DNA from: Alphaproteobacteria bacterium
GTDB lineage: Bacteria > Pseudomonadota > Alphaproteobacteria > SP197
Reading direction: 5' to 3'
Assembly: GCA_964291415.2 (NCBI GenBank)
Contig: OZ219918.1
Span: 992,001-1,056,000, forward strand
DNA length: 64,000 nucleotides
Shown: positions 30,615-39,446 of the stretch, piece after piece
Position numbering within the stretch: position 1 is the stretch's first letter
How the letters are laid out: each line of letters begins with the position of its first letter
The notes under the pieces: model-generated
The model's database searches: none
The model's input: the letters and a program-made list of their open reading frames with translations, nothing else
What the model was told of the DNA's origin: nothing
Made by a program: the position numbers and the translations under genes

Positions 30615-31642
30615 GCCAGCCCGTGACACGCCGTAGCGGACACCAGCGCCTGGCGGAGCTCTGGGAACCGGGATGCAGGCTGCTCGGCGTCGACCGGGCG
30701 ATCATGGGCGGCGCCATGACCTGGGTCTCGGAACGCAACTTCGTCGCCGCGGTGGCGGCCGCGGGAGGGTTCGGAGTGATCGCCTGTGGCGCCATGAATC
30801 CCGATCAGCTCGATGAGGAAATCACCGGCACACGGCGGCTCACCGATCGTCCGTTCGGCGTCAACCTCATTGTCATGCATCCCGACCTCGACCGGCTGAT
30901 CGATGTCTGCATTGCCCGCGTGGTCACCCATATCGTGCTGGCTGGGGGACTTCCTCAGGCAGCCACGATCAGGCGTATCAGGGAAGCCGGGCTGCGTGTC
31001 CTGGCCTTTGCTCCGGCGCTGACCATCGCGAGGCGCCTCGTGCGGAGCGGAATCGACGGTATCGTGATCGAGGGGATGGAGGCGGGTGGACACATCGGCC
31101 CGGTGTCGACGAGCGTCCTGGCTCAGGAGACCCTGCCCCATGTCGACGGCGTCCCCGTCTTTGTTGCCGGTGGCATCGGCCGCGGCGAAGCGATTGCCAG
31201 CTACCTCAGGATGGGGGCGGCGGGTGTCCAGCTCGGCACCCGGTTTGTCTGCGCCCGCGAGTCCGTGGCGCACGACAACTTCAAGCGGGCCTTCCTGCGC
31301 GCCAGCGCCCGCGATGCGCAGCCCTCGCGGCAGCTCGATTCCCGGTTTCCGGTCATCCCGGTGCGCGCCATCGTCAACGACGGGGTGAAGAACTTCACGG
31401 AAAAGCAGCGCGAGGTGATTGCCCGCCACGATTGCGGCGAGATCGACCAGGCCGCAGCGCAGCTTGAAATTGAACACTTCTGGGCCGGCGCTCTCAGGCG
31501 TGCGGTCATTGAGGGGGATGTGAAGAATGGCTCTCTCATGGCCGGTCAGAGTGTCGGCATGGTGACGAGCGAGCAGTCAATGGCCGACATCATGGATGAA
31601 CTCGTCGAGCAGGCAGTCCGGGCGCTCACGGATCAGGGATAG
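30611..31642 (+). CDS. Nitronate monooxygenase / FabK-like FMN oxidoreductase
   Basis: MGGAMTWVS, PFGVNL, EG.EAGGHIG, AGGI, QLGTRF, MAGQSVG; TTG start overlaps the lysC stop. Confidence 0.88.
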   Translation: MSQPVTRRSGHQRLAELWEPGCRLLGVDRAIMGGAMTWVSERNFVAAVAAAGGFGVIACGAMNPDQLDEEITGTRRLTDRPFGVNLIVMHPDLDRLIDVCIARVVTHIVLAGGLPQAATIRRIREAGLRVLAFAPALTIARRLVRSGIDGIVIEGMEAGGHIGPVSTSVLAQETLPHVDGVPVFVAGGIGRGEAIASYLRMGAAGVQLGTRFVCARESVAHDNFKRAFLRASARDAQPSRQLDSRFPVIPVRAIVNDGVKNFTEKQREVIARHDCGEIDQAAAQLEIEHFWAGALRRAVIEGDVKNGSLMAGQSVGMVTSEQSMADIMDELVEQAVRALTDQG

Positions 31643-31716
31643 GTCGCGGCATTGCCGCCGTGGCCGGGGCGGTGGTAGCATCCCCGCCGGCAGGCATCAC
31701 ACTCCCTGGCTCCCCG

Positions 31717-33168
31717 ATGGCACATAACGAATTTCCCGGCGACGTCGATTCTCCTGATGCCGGGATCAGGGTGAGCCGCCGCATTGCGGACGAATTGCGG
31801 CGTACCCGAGTCGCACACGATCTCTCCATCGAGGATGTTGCGACAACACTGAGGATCAGGGTCGACTTCATCAAGGCCATGGAGGAGGATCGGTTCGACG
31901 ATCTCCCCGGTCCCGCCTACATCTCGGGATTTCTGAGAACCTACGCCAACCACCTCGGCCTGGATGGCGACCAGCTGGTGGCCTGGTTCAAGGACGACAG
32001 CCAGTCGACCTTCGCACCCAGGGAAATGGAGTTGCCGGTTCCGATCTCGGAAATCAGGCGGCCGACATTCCCGATCATTACGGTTTCTCTCGTCATCGCC
32101 ATCGGCATCGCGGCAGCCTGGTATGTCTATCAGGAAAGCCGCTCCATCGATATCGATCTCATTCCCGAGGTCCCCGGGCCGGTTGCCGAAGGGATATCGC
32201 TCGACGCCCCGGATGACGAGAGTTCGGCTGCCCCGGATGGTGACGCCGTGTTCACCACTGCCGGCAACGGGAACCCCGAAGCCGCCGCCGATGCGACGGG
32301 CGCCACCGTGGAGCCGGTTGACGATACGGAGCGCGTGGCAGAGGCGCATGTTCCACCGGACACCCTCGGCACGACGGAGGACAGCAGTCCGGATGCCGGT
32401 ATGGCGGACGTTGCGCCCGACAGCGAGGGAATGACCGGGGACGACGGTGCGGACGATGCCGTCGCCGTCGCGGACGCGGTTGTTCTCCCTGATACCGTTG
32501 ACATCTCCGGGGACAGCAGTCACGACGCCGGCGATGGCGATGCGGCGGATGTCCTGCCCGACAGTGCTGAGGTGGCCGTGGACGGTGGTTCCGATGATGC
32601 CGCCGCCGTTACCGAAGAGGTCGCTCTCCCTGACACCGCCGGCGCCTCCGGAGACGGCAGTCCGGATGCCGGCGATGAGGCTGCGACGGCGATTCCAGGC
32701 GATGATGCGAACGACGCCGTCGAGGCGGGCCCGCCGGAAGACGATTCCGGCACGGCCATCGACGTGGCTCTCCAGGATGTTGCCGATGCCTCGGGTGAGG
32801 AGACGTGGGACGAACCCGTGTTCGCCTCCGAGGACACCGTTCAGCAGACCGAGGTCGCCGATGGCGGGGAGACGGACAGTCAGCACACGGTTTACGGGAC
32901 GCCGGGCGCCGGTTCCCGCATCGAGTTGCGTGCCATCGCCGAAACCTGGGTCCAGGTCACGGCGCCGGACGGTGTCGCCGTCCTCACCCATATCCTGCTG
33001 CCCGGGGATGTCTATCATGTGCCGGACCGCGATGATCTCATGCTCGATACCGGAAACGCCGGCGGCCTCGAGATACGGGTTGACGGAGCGCTGATGCCAT
33101 CGCTTGGTGGCGCCGGAGCCGTGGTGCGTGACGTCCTGTTGTCCGTCGAAAGCCTGGCCCGGCGCTGA
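31717..33168 (+). CDS. rodZ: RodZ-like protein (HTH, TM segment, acidic linker, DUF4115-like domain)
   Basis: LSIEDVA..LRIR..FIKAMEE..F..LPG..Y..GFLRTYA..LGL HTH, TM segment, C-terminal TWVQV..GNAGGL domain; lies upstream of ispG. Confidence 0.85.
   Translation: MAHNEFPGDVDSPDAGIRVSRRIADELRRTRVAHDLSIEDVATTLRIRVDFIKAMEEDRFDDLPGPAYISGFLRTYANHLGLDGDQLVAWFKDDSQSTFAPREMELPVPISEIRRPTFPIITVSLVIAIGIAAAWYVYQESRSIDIDLIPEVPGPVAEGISLDAPDDESSAAPDGDAVFTTAGNGNPEAAADATGATVEPVDDTERVAEAHVPPDTLGTTEDSSPDAGMADVAPDSEGMTGDDGADDAVAVADAVVLPDTVDISGDSSHDAGDGDAADVLPDSAEVAVDGGSDDAAAVTEEVALPDTAGASGDGSPDAGDEAATAIPGDDANDAVEAGPPEDDSGTAIDVALQDVADASGEETWDEPVFASEDTVQQTEVADGGETDSQHTVYGTPGAGSRIELRAIAETWVQVTAPDGVAVLTHILLPGDVYHVPDRDDLMLDTGNAGGLEIRVDGALMPSLGGAGAVVRDVLLSVESLARR
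32356..32700 (+). repeat. Degenerate in-frame tandem repeat (about 2.5 units of 132-141 nt) inside rodZ
   Basis: PDT..(S)GD(S)SPDAG units start at 32356, 32488 and 32629. Confidence 0.75.
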
Positions 33169-33229
33169 TGACGCCTTTACTGGAAGGAGTGGGCGGAGTA
33201 TCAGTCAGGGACCAACCGGAACGCACACC

Positions 33230-34336
33230 ATGAAGGACATTCCGAGACCACCCAGGCGGCGCAGCAGGACCGTCATGGTGGGTCAGGTTGCGGTGGGGGG
33301 CGACGCGCCGATTGCCGTCCAGTCGATGACCAACACGCTCACCAGCGATGTTGAGGCGACATCCTCCCAGGTGAGCGCACTCGCTGTGGCCGGCGCCGAC
33401 ATCGTGCGCGTGTCGTGTCCCGACGAGGACTCGACGGCGGCCTTGCGCAAGGTGGTCTACGAATCACCGGTACCCCTGGTCGCCGATATCCACTTCCACT
33501 ACCGGCGCGCCATCGAGGCGGCCGAGGCCGGTGCGTCCTGTCTGCGCATCAATCCCGGCAACGTCGGCTCGAGCGATCGTGTGAGAGAGGTCGTCAAGGC
33601 GGCCCGGGACCACGGCTGTTCGATGAGAATTGGCGTCAATGCCGGCTCGCTGGAGCGCGACCTCCTTGAGAAGTTCGGCGGTGTCACGCCCGAGGCCATG
33701 GTCGAAAGCGCTCTCGGACACGCCCGTATTCTCGAGGACAACGACTTCCTTGACTTCAAGATCAGCGTCAAGGCGTCCGGCGTTGCGCTGGCTACCGCAG
33801 CCTACCGGATGCTGGCGGCGCAGTGCGACTATCCCCTTCATCTCGGTATCACCGAGGCTGGCGGTCTTGTCACCGGGACCGTCAAGTCATCGGTCGGAAT
33901 CGGCATGTTGCTTGCCGAGGGTATCGGCGACACCATCAGGGTGTCGCTTGCCGCTGACCCGGTCGAGGAGGTGGCTGTCGGCTGGGAGATCCTGAAGGCG
34001 CTGGACTTGCGACGTCGCGGTGTCAATGTCATTGCGTGCCCGTCGTGCGCCCGCCAGCAGTTCAATGTGCCGGAGACGGTCAAGCGCCTTGAGCAGCGCC
34101 TTGCGCATATCGAGACACCGATGTCGGTGTCGATCATCGGCTGTGTGGTGAACGGACCTGGCGAAGCGCGCCTTACCGACATCGGTCTGACCGGTGGAGG
34201 CAAGGGACATCACCTCGTCTACATGTCGGGAAAGGCCGATCACAAGGTGTCCACCGAGGATCTCGTCGAACACGTGGCCACGCTCGTGGAGCAGCGTGCC
34301 GAACAGCTTCGCCACGAAGCCGACGCCGGTGCCTGA
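33230..34336 (+). CDS. ispG: (E)-4-hydroxy-3-methylbut-2-enyl-diphosphate synthase
   Basis: [42 protein letters not shown]. Confidence 0.97.
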   Translation: MKDIPRPPRRRSRTVMVGQVAVGGDAPIAVQSMTNTLTSDVEATSSQVSALAVAGADIVRVSCPDEDSTAALRKVVYESPVPLVADIHFHYRRAIEAAEAGASCLRINPGNVGSSDRVREVVKAARDHGCSMRIGVNAGSLERDLLEKFGGVTPEAMVESALGHARILEDNDFLDFKISVKASGVALATAAYRMLAAQCDYPLHLGITEAGGLVTGTVKSSVGIGMLLAEGIGDTIRVSLAADPVEEVAVGWEILKALDLRRRGVNVIACPSCARQQFNVPETVKRLEQRLAHIETPMSVSIIGCVVNGPGEARLTDIGLTGGGKGHHLVYMSGKADHKVSTEDLVEHVATLVEQRAEQLRHEADAGA

Positions 34337-34350
34337 ACGTCCGGGTTCCC

Positions 34351-35601
34351 ATGGGTGAAAAACTGCAGCCGATCCGGGGAACGCGGGATCTCCTGCCCGG
34401 AGACTGTCGAGCCTTCGCGCGTGTCGAGGAGGTCTGCCGCCGCGTTGCCGAGCGCTACGGCTATGGAGAGATTCGCACGCCGGTCCTCGAGGCCACGCAG
34501 GTGTTCTCCCGCACGCTCGGCGATGCGACCGATGTCGTTCAAAAGGAGATGTACACCTTCGACGACCGCAATGGCGACAGCATCACGCTGCGTCCCGAGA
34601 ACACGGCGGGTGTGGCCCGGGCACTGCTCTCCAACGGCCTGCTCGATGCCATGCCGCTCAGACTGCACTATGCCGGTGCGATGTTTCGCCACGAGCGCCC
34701 GCAAAAGGGCCGCTACCGTCAGTTTCACCAGACAGGGGTCGAACTCTTCGGTGTTCCAGAGCCCCTGGGCGACGTCGAGGTCATAACCCTGGCCCGCGAT
34801 GTTCTGGACGAACTCGGGCTTCTTCAGGACACGGTGCTCGAGATCAACACCCTGGGTGACGTGGCCAGCCGGCAGAACCACCTCAACGCCCTGACGGCGT
34901 ACTTCAACGATCACAAGAGCCGGCTGAGCGACATCTCGGTCAAGCGCCTCGAACGCAATCCCCTGCGTATTCTCGATTCGAAGGAGCCGGGTGACCAGGA
35001 CCTGATCGCCGATGCACCGGTCATCCTCGACTACCTCGGCGACGACGCTCGCCGCTTCTTCGATCAGGTGCTCGAAGGCCTCGACACCCTGTCGATTGCC
35101 CACGAGGTCAATCCCCGGATCGTTCGCGGGTTCGATTACTACTGTCACACCGCCTTCGAATTCGTGACGGGAAAGCTGGGCGCCCAGGGAACGGTGATCG
35201 GCGGCGGCCGTTACGATGGTCTGATGGAGCAGATGGGAGGACCTCCGGTCCCCGGTGTCGGCTGGGCGTCCGGAATTGAACGGCTTGCGCTGCTCGCCGG
35301 CGAGCCTCCCGAACCCCGGCGACCCATTGCCCTCATCGGCCTCGGCGAACCGTCCACCAGGAAGGCGCTTGTGCTGGCCCATCGGCTGCGCGGTCAGGGA
35401 TACCATGTCGATCTCGCATACCGGGGCAATCTGCGGCGGCGCATGCAACGCGCCCACAAGGCGGGGGCCAGCCACGCCGTCATCCTCGGCGATGCGGAAT
35501 TGACGCGCGGTGTCGCGCTGGTGCGCGATCTCGACAGCGGCGAACAGCATGAATGCTCCCTTGACCGCCTGGGAGAAGGTCTGCCACGCCCGGGTGCGTG
35601 A
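34351..35601 (+). CDS. hisS: Histidine--tRNA ligase
   Basis: RGTRD, KEMYTF, LRPENTA, FRHERPQKGRYRQFHQ, VRGFDYY, GGGRYD. Confidence 0.98.
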   Translation: MGEKLQPIRGTRDLLPGDCRAFARVEEVCRRVAERYGYGEIRTPVLEATQVFSRTLGDATDVVQKEMYTFDDRNGDSITLRPENTAGVARALLSNGLLDAMPLRLHYAGAMFRHERPQKGRYRQFHQTGVELFGVPEPLGDVEVITLARDVLDELGLLQDTVLEINTLGDVASRQNHLNALTAYFNDHKSRLSDISVKRLERNPLRILDSKEPGDQDLIADAPVILDYLGDDARRFFDQVLEGLDTLSIAHEVNPRIVRGFDYYCHTAFEFVTGKLGAQGTVIGGGRYDGLMEQMGGPPVPGVGWASGIERLALLAGEPPEPRRPIALIGLGEPSTRKALVLAHRLRGQGYHVDLAYRGNLRRRMQRAHKAGASHAVILGDAELTRGVALVRDLDSGEQHECSLDRLGEGLPRPGA

Positions 35602-36707
35602 CCATGGCGCACAAGACCCACATTTCGGTGGTCGTGACCGGACCGGCCTCGTTCCCGCGTCAGGGACATGAAGCGCTGTTGACGCGCCTGAGGGAAATCG
35701 GAGTCACCGAAGCCCTCGTCATGCGGACACCGGCGGGCATCGACCTTCACGTCATGGCGTCCGATGCCGAAGAGCTTCACGACCTCTTGAGGGCGTGTCT
35801 GGGAGAGGGCGACGGGTACGGGACGATGACCGGTACCGACGCCCTTCGCCGCCTTCTCCAGTCGGCCGCCCGGACAGGCGATCCGGTCCCTGCCGGCGCC
35901 ATCGACGAACTCAAGGAGGGCCACAGGCAGGCATGGCAGGCCGGCATGATCGGCGAGGCGATGCAGGATCGCCTCCAGCTTGCCTACCAGGTGGCTCGGC
36001 AGGTACGCCGCGACAACGTGCTCCAGGATCGCCCCGTGTCGATCGTATCGTCCGCAGTCCACGTCGCCCGGGGTATCCACGGCGACCTCGGGACGGTCCG
36101 CGGACTCCTCATCGGCACCGATGAAGCCGGTGAGATGATTGCCGCGCGACTCCTTGAGTGCGGTCTGGCGACGCTTGTGGTGATGCATGAGCGCCGTCAT
36201 CTGGCAGCCGCCCTTGCCGAGCGCCTCGGCGCGACAAGCGCCGTCACGGGGGATCTTGAAGCCGAACTCGTTCGTGCCGACATCGTCATCCTGTCTGCCG
36301 GCGGTGGTGAACACACCCTGACCGCAGCGGATGTCTCGAAGGCCCTGGCGGCGCGGCGTGCGCGCCCGGTCTTCCTTGTCGATGCCGGTGTTCCCCCTGA
36401 TGCCGATCCGGCGATCGAGTCGCTCGACGACGTGTTCTACTACACTCTCGACCACCTTGAACGCGCGGCCTTCGAGGGAGGACGCCGGCACCCGAAACAG
36501 GACGAAGCGGTTGCGGCCGTTGTCGAGAACGCCATCGCTTCATTTGCCGGGCATGTGTCCGGCGGCGGCGACGCGCCGGGGACGGGACGGATCAGACAGA
36601 TCCTCGAGAACGCCCGCGGCAGGGTCCTTGCCGAGACTCCCGATGCTGACGCCTTCGAGGCGACAGCCGCCCTGGTCGACATTGTTGCCCGTGAGATCGA
36701 CACATGA
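35598..36707 (+). CDS. Glutamyl-tRNA reductase (HemA)-like protein with degenerate catalytic motifs
   Basis: HemA-like segments AYQVARQVR..PVSI..AV..AR.IHGDL, ADIVI, KAL..RR.RP.FLVD.GVP.D..P....L..V..Y.LD.L; the STCNR, GEPQI and GAGE motifs are replaced. Confidence 0.75.
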   Translation: MTMAHKTHISVVVTGPASFPRQGHEALLTRLREIGVTEALVMRTPAGIDLHVMASDAEELHDLLRACLGEGDGYGTMTGTDALRRLLQSAARTGDPVPAGAIDELKEGHRQAWQAGMIGEAMQDRLQLAYQVARQVRRDNVLQDRPVSIVSSAVHVARGIHGDLGTVRGLLIGTDEAGEMIAARLLECGLATLVVMHERRHLAAALAERLGATSAVTGDLEAELVRADIVILSAGGGEHTLTAADVSKALAARRARPVFLVDAGVPPDADPAIESLDDVFYYTLDHLERAAFEGGRRHPKQDEAVAAVVENAIASFAGHVSGGGDAPGTGRIRQILENARGRVLAETPDADAFEATAALVDIVAREIDT

Positions 36708-37774
36708 GCCTGGAAGACAGTCTCGCGAAGGTCGTCCTGCGCCATGCCGAACTGGCGGCGCGCCTCAGCGGAGAAACGCCCGGAGCAGAGGAGTACGTCA
36801 GCATGTCACGGGAGTATGCGGAACTCGCTCCCGTGGTGGAGGCCGTCCAGGCGCTTGCAAACGCCAGGCAACAGGGCGTCGATCTCGCCGCCATGATCGA
36901 CAGCGAGACAGACGAGGAGATGCGCCAGCTCGCCCGGGAGGAACACGCGGCTGTAGGCGCCCGCATTTCCGAACTCGAACAGTCGGTTCGCCTCGCCCTG
37001 CTTCCGCGCGACGAGGCGGACGGACGCGACGTCGTTCTCGAGGTGCGCGCCGGCACCGGGGGAGAGGAAGCGATGCTGTTTGCCGGTGTTCTGGTGGAGA
37101 TGTATCGCCGGTATGCCATGACCCGGAGCTGGACATTCGAGGTTGTCGGCAAGACAACATCCAGCACCGGTGGAATCAGGGAGTGCGTCGCCCTGGTTCG
37201 CGGACGCGACGTGTTCGCCCGGTTGAAGTTCGAATCCGGCGTTCACCGGGTACAGCGGGTCCCGACAACGGAATCGCAGGGACGGATCCACACGTCGACG
37301 GCCACCGTCGCGATTCTGCCCGAAGCAGCGGAGGTTGATGTCACGATTGACGCCAACGACCTCCGGATCGACACGTTCCGGGCGTCGGGAGCGGGCGGTC
37401 AGCACGTCAACAAGACGGACAGCGCCGTCAGGATCACGCACCTTCCCACCGGCATCGTGGTGTCGCAACAGAGCGACCGGTCCCAGCACAAGAACCGAGC
37501 CAGGGCCATGACCGTTCTGAGATCCCGCCTCTATGATCTGGAGCGGCGGCAGCGCGATGCCGCAGAAGCGCGGGCCCGCAGGGAGCAGGTGGGCAGCGGT
37601 GACCGTTCGGAACGCATCCGGACCTACAACTATCCCCAGGGACGCATCAGCGACCACCGGATCAATCTCACGCTCTTCAAGCTCGAGGACGTCGTTTCCG
37701 GTCAAGCTCTCGATGAGGTCATCGAACCGCTGATTTCCAGCGACCGGGCGGCGCGGTTGGCGGCGCTTGGCTGA
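36704..37774 (+). CDS. prfA: Peptide chain release factor 1
   Basis: EVRAGTGG.EA, ESGVHRVQRVPTTE (PxT), GAGGQHVN, RSERIRTYNYPQ. Confidence 0.97.
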   Translation: MSLEDSLAKVVLRHAELAARLSGETPGAEEYVSMSREYAELAPVVEAVQALANARQQGVDLAAMIDSETDEEMRQLAREEHAAVGARISELEQSVRLALLPRDEADGRDVVLEVRAGTGGEEAMLFAGVLVEMYRRYAMTRSWTFEVVGKTTSSTGGIRECVALVRGRDVFARLKFESGVHRVQRVPTTESQGRIHTSTATVAILPEAAEVDVTIDANDLRIDTFRASGAGGQHVNKTDSAVRITHLPTGIVVSQQSDRSQHKNRARAMTVLRSRLYDLERRQRDAAEARARREQVGSGDRSERIRTYNYPQGRISDHRINLTLFKLEDVVSGQALDEVIEPLISSDRAARLAALG

Positions 37775-38657
37775 GGTGACGTCGGTCAGCCTTGTCGACG
37801 CCCTGCGGGGAGCGACAGCGACGCTGCGTGCCGCCGGCGTCGAAAACCCTGCCAGGGAGGCCCGGCTTCTGGCGGAGCTTGTCGTCGGCCGCGATGACCC
37901 GCGGCAGCTTTCTCCCGGGGAAGACCGCCATCTCGCCACCCTGGTCGCCCGGCGGGCGGAGCGTGTGCCCTTCGCGCGGATCGCCGGAGTGCGCGAATTC
38001 TGGAGCCTCGATTTCGAGATCACGAAGGACACGCTGATCCCGCGTCCGGACAGCGAAACGCTGATCGAATGCTGCCTTGACCGCTTTGAACATCACCCGC
38101 CGGCACGCATCCTCGATCTTGGCACCGGATCGGGATGTCTCATTGTCACGCTCCTGGTGGCCTGGACCGGAAGTTCGGGAATCGGCGTCGACGTCAACGA
38201 GCGGGCGTGTGCCGTGGCGGCCCGCAACGTGCGCCGCCACGGTGTCGACGATCGTGCCTGGATCATGTGTGGAGACTGGGCTGGTGCCCTCGATTCGACA
38301 TTTGACCTTGTCGTCGCCAATCCCCCCTATGTGCCGAGGTGCGACCTGGCCGGCCTTGACCCGGAGGTCGCCCTTCATGAGCCTCGACTGGCCATTGATG
38401 GCGGCGCGGACGGATACGCCTGCTATCGCCGCGTTGTGCCGCGCCTGCCGACACTTCTGTCGCGACACGGCATGGCCGTCATGGAACATGGCCCCGACCA
38501 GCGGGACGGACTCGCGGTTCTCGCCGGTGACCACGGTCTTGTGGTGGCGGGGACGGCCGACGACTACGGCGGGCGGCACCGTGTCCTTCTTCTGGCGCAT
38601 CGAGACCCGTGGAGAAAGTCCTTGGAAAGCGCTACCGGATTGGTTACCGTCAGGTGA
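37767..38657 (+). CDS. prmC: Release factor glutamine methyltransferase
   Basis: LIPRPDSE, LDLGTGSG, ANPPY, EP..A.DGG.DG. Confidence 0.95.
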   Translation: MAEVTSVSLVDALRGATATLRAAGVENPAREARLLAELVVGRDDPRQLSPGEDRHLATLVARRAERVPFARIAGVREFWSLDFEITKDTLIPRPDSETLIECCLDRFEHHPPARILDLGTGSGCLIVTLLVAWTGSSGIGVDVNERACAVAARNVRRHGVDDRAWIMCGDWAGALDSTFDLVVANPPYVPRCDLAGLDPEVALHEPRLAIDGGADGYACYRRVVPRLPTLLSRHGMAVMEHGPDQRDGLAVLAGDHGLVVAGTADDYGGRHRVLLLAHRDPWRKSLESATGLVTVR

Positions 38658-38796
38658 CGGAAGAGGAATTCCCGTCAGCGGGAATGTGCGTTACCTTCGA
38701 GAGCGGAACCGGAATGACCCCGCGGAACAGCGAACGCACGCACCCCGCAGGGCCGTCGCTTCCAACCAAACAGAAACCGTCGAGAGCGAGTTTTCC

Positions 38797-39309
38797 ATGA
38801 GATCAGGTGGATCGGGCAGGCGTTTCCGCAACAATCGCGGCAATGCGCGTCGTGCCGGAGGAAACAACCGCAACCAGTCATTCGAAAGTACCGGCCCGGA
38901 CGTCAAGGTACGGGGGACAGCCCAGCAGATTGCCGACAGGTACCTCATGCTGGCGCGAGACGCATCCTCATCCGGTGATCTGGTGGTGGCAGAAAACTGC
39001 CTGCAGCACGCAGAGCACTATCAGAGAATAGTCAATCAGCATGCCGAGCGCGCCGCCGAACAGCAGCGTGAACGCGAGGAGCGGGCCGAACGGCAGCATC
39101 GCCCGCCGGACGACCAGCCCCAGGGGGATTCGGCGGTGTCCGGCTCGCCGGCCCCTGACAACGAGGCCTCTGCGCAACTCCATGGCAACGTGGTCGAGAA
39201 GGGGAACGATCAGCCCCGGCCGCGAACCCGGCGCAGAACCAACGGCGCCGGAGCCGATGACGAGCCCACACCGGCCACACCCGAAAGCGAGCAGCGGGTC
39301 ATAACCTGA
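38797..39309 (+). CDS. DUF4167-family protein
   Basis: FESTGPDVKVRGTAQQIADRYL.LARDA.SSGD.V.AEN.LQHAEHY.R; conserved position between prmC and clpB in alphaproteobacteria. Confidence 0.85.
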   Translation: MRSGGSGRRFRNNRGNARRAGGNNRNQSFESTGPDVKVRGTAQQIADRYLMLARDASSSGDLVVAENCLQHAEHYQRIVNQHAERAAEQQREREERAERQHRPPDDQPQGDSAVSGSPAPDNEASAQLHGNVVEKGNDQPRPRTRRRTNGAGADDEPTPATPESEQRVIT

Positions 39310-39390
39310 CAGGGTGCCTGCCCCCCGTCATTCCTCAAGGACTTCTGAATCTCCTCCCCATCCGGGAGCCCCGGCCATTCCTCAGGACCT

Positions 39391-39418
39391 CTTGTGTTGC
39401 ACAAATGCAACACTACAT
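39391..39418 (+). promoter_or_regulatory. Putative RpoH (sigma32)-type promoter of clpB with a palindromic spacer
   Basis: CTTG-N18-CTACAT resembles the alphaproteobacterial RpoH consensus; the spacer holds GTGTTGCA-caaa-TGCAACAC. Confidence 0.45.
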
Positions 39419-39446
39419 GGGATGCAGGTCACAGGGATGATGGTCG

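Noticed and set aside
38077-39309. 410-aa ORF suggesting a long DUF4167 protein
   Set aside because: The N-terminal part overlaps prmC in another frame; the conserved domain begins at ATG 38797
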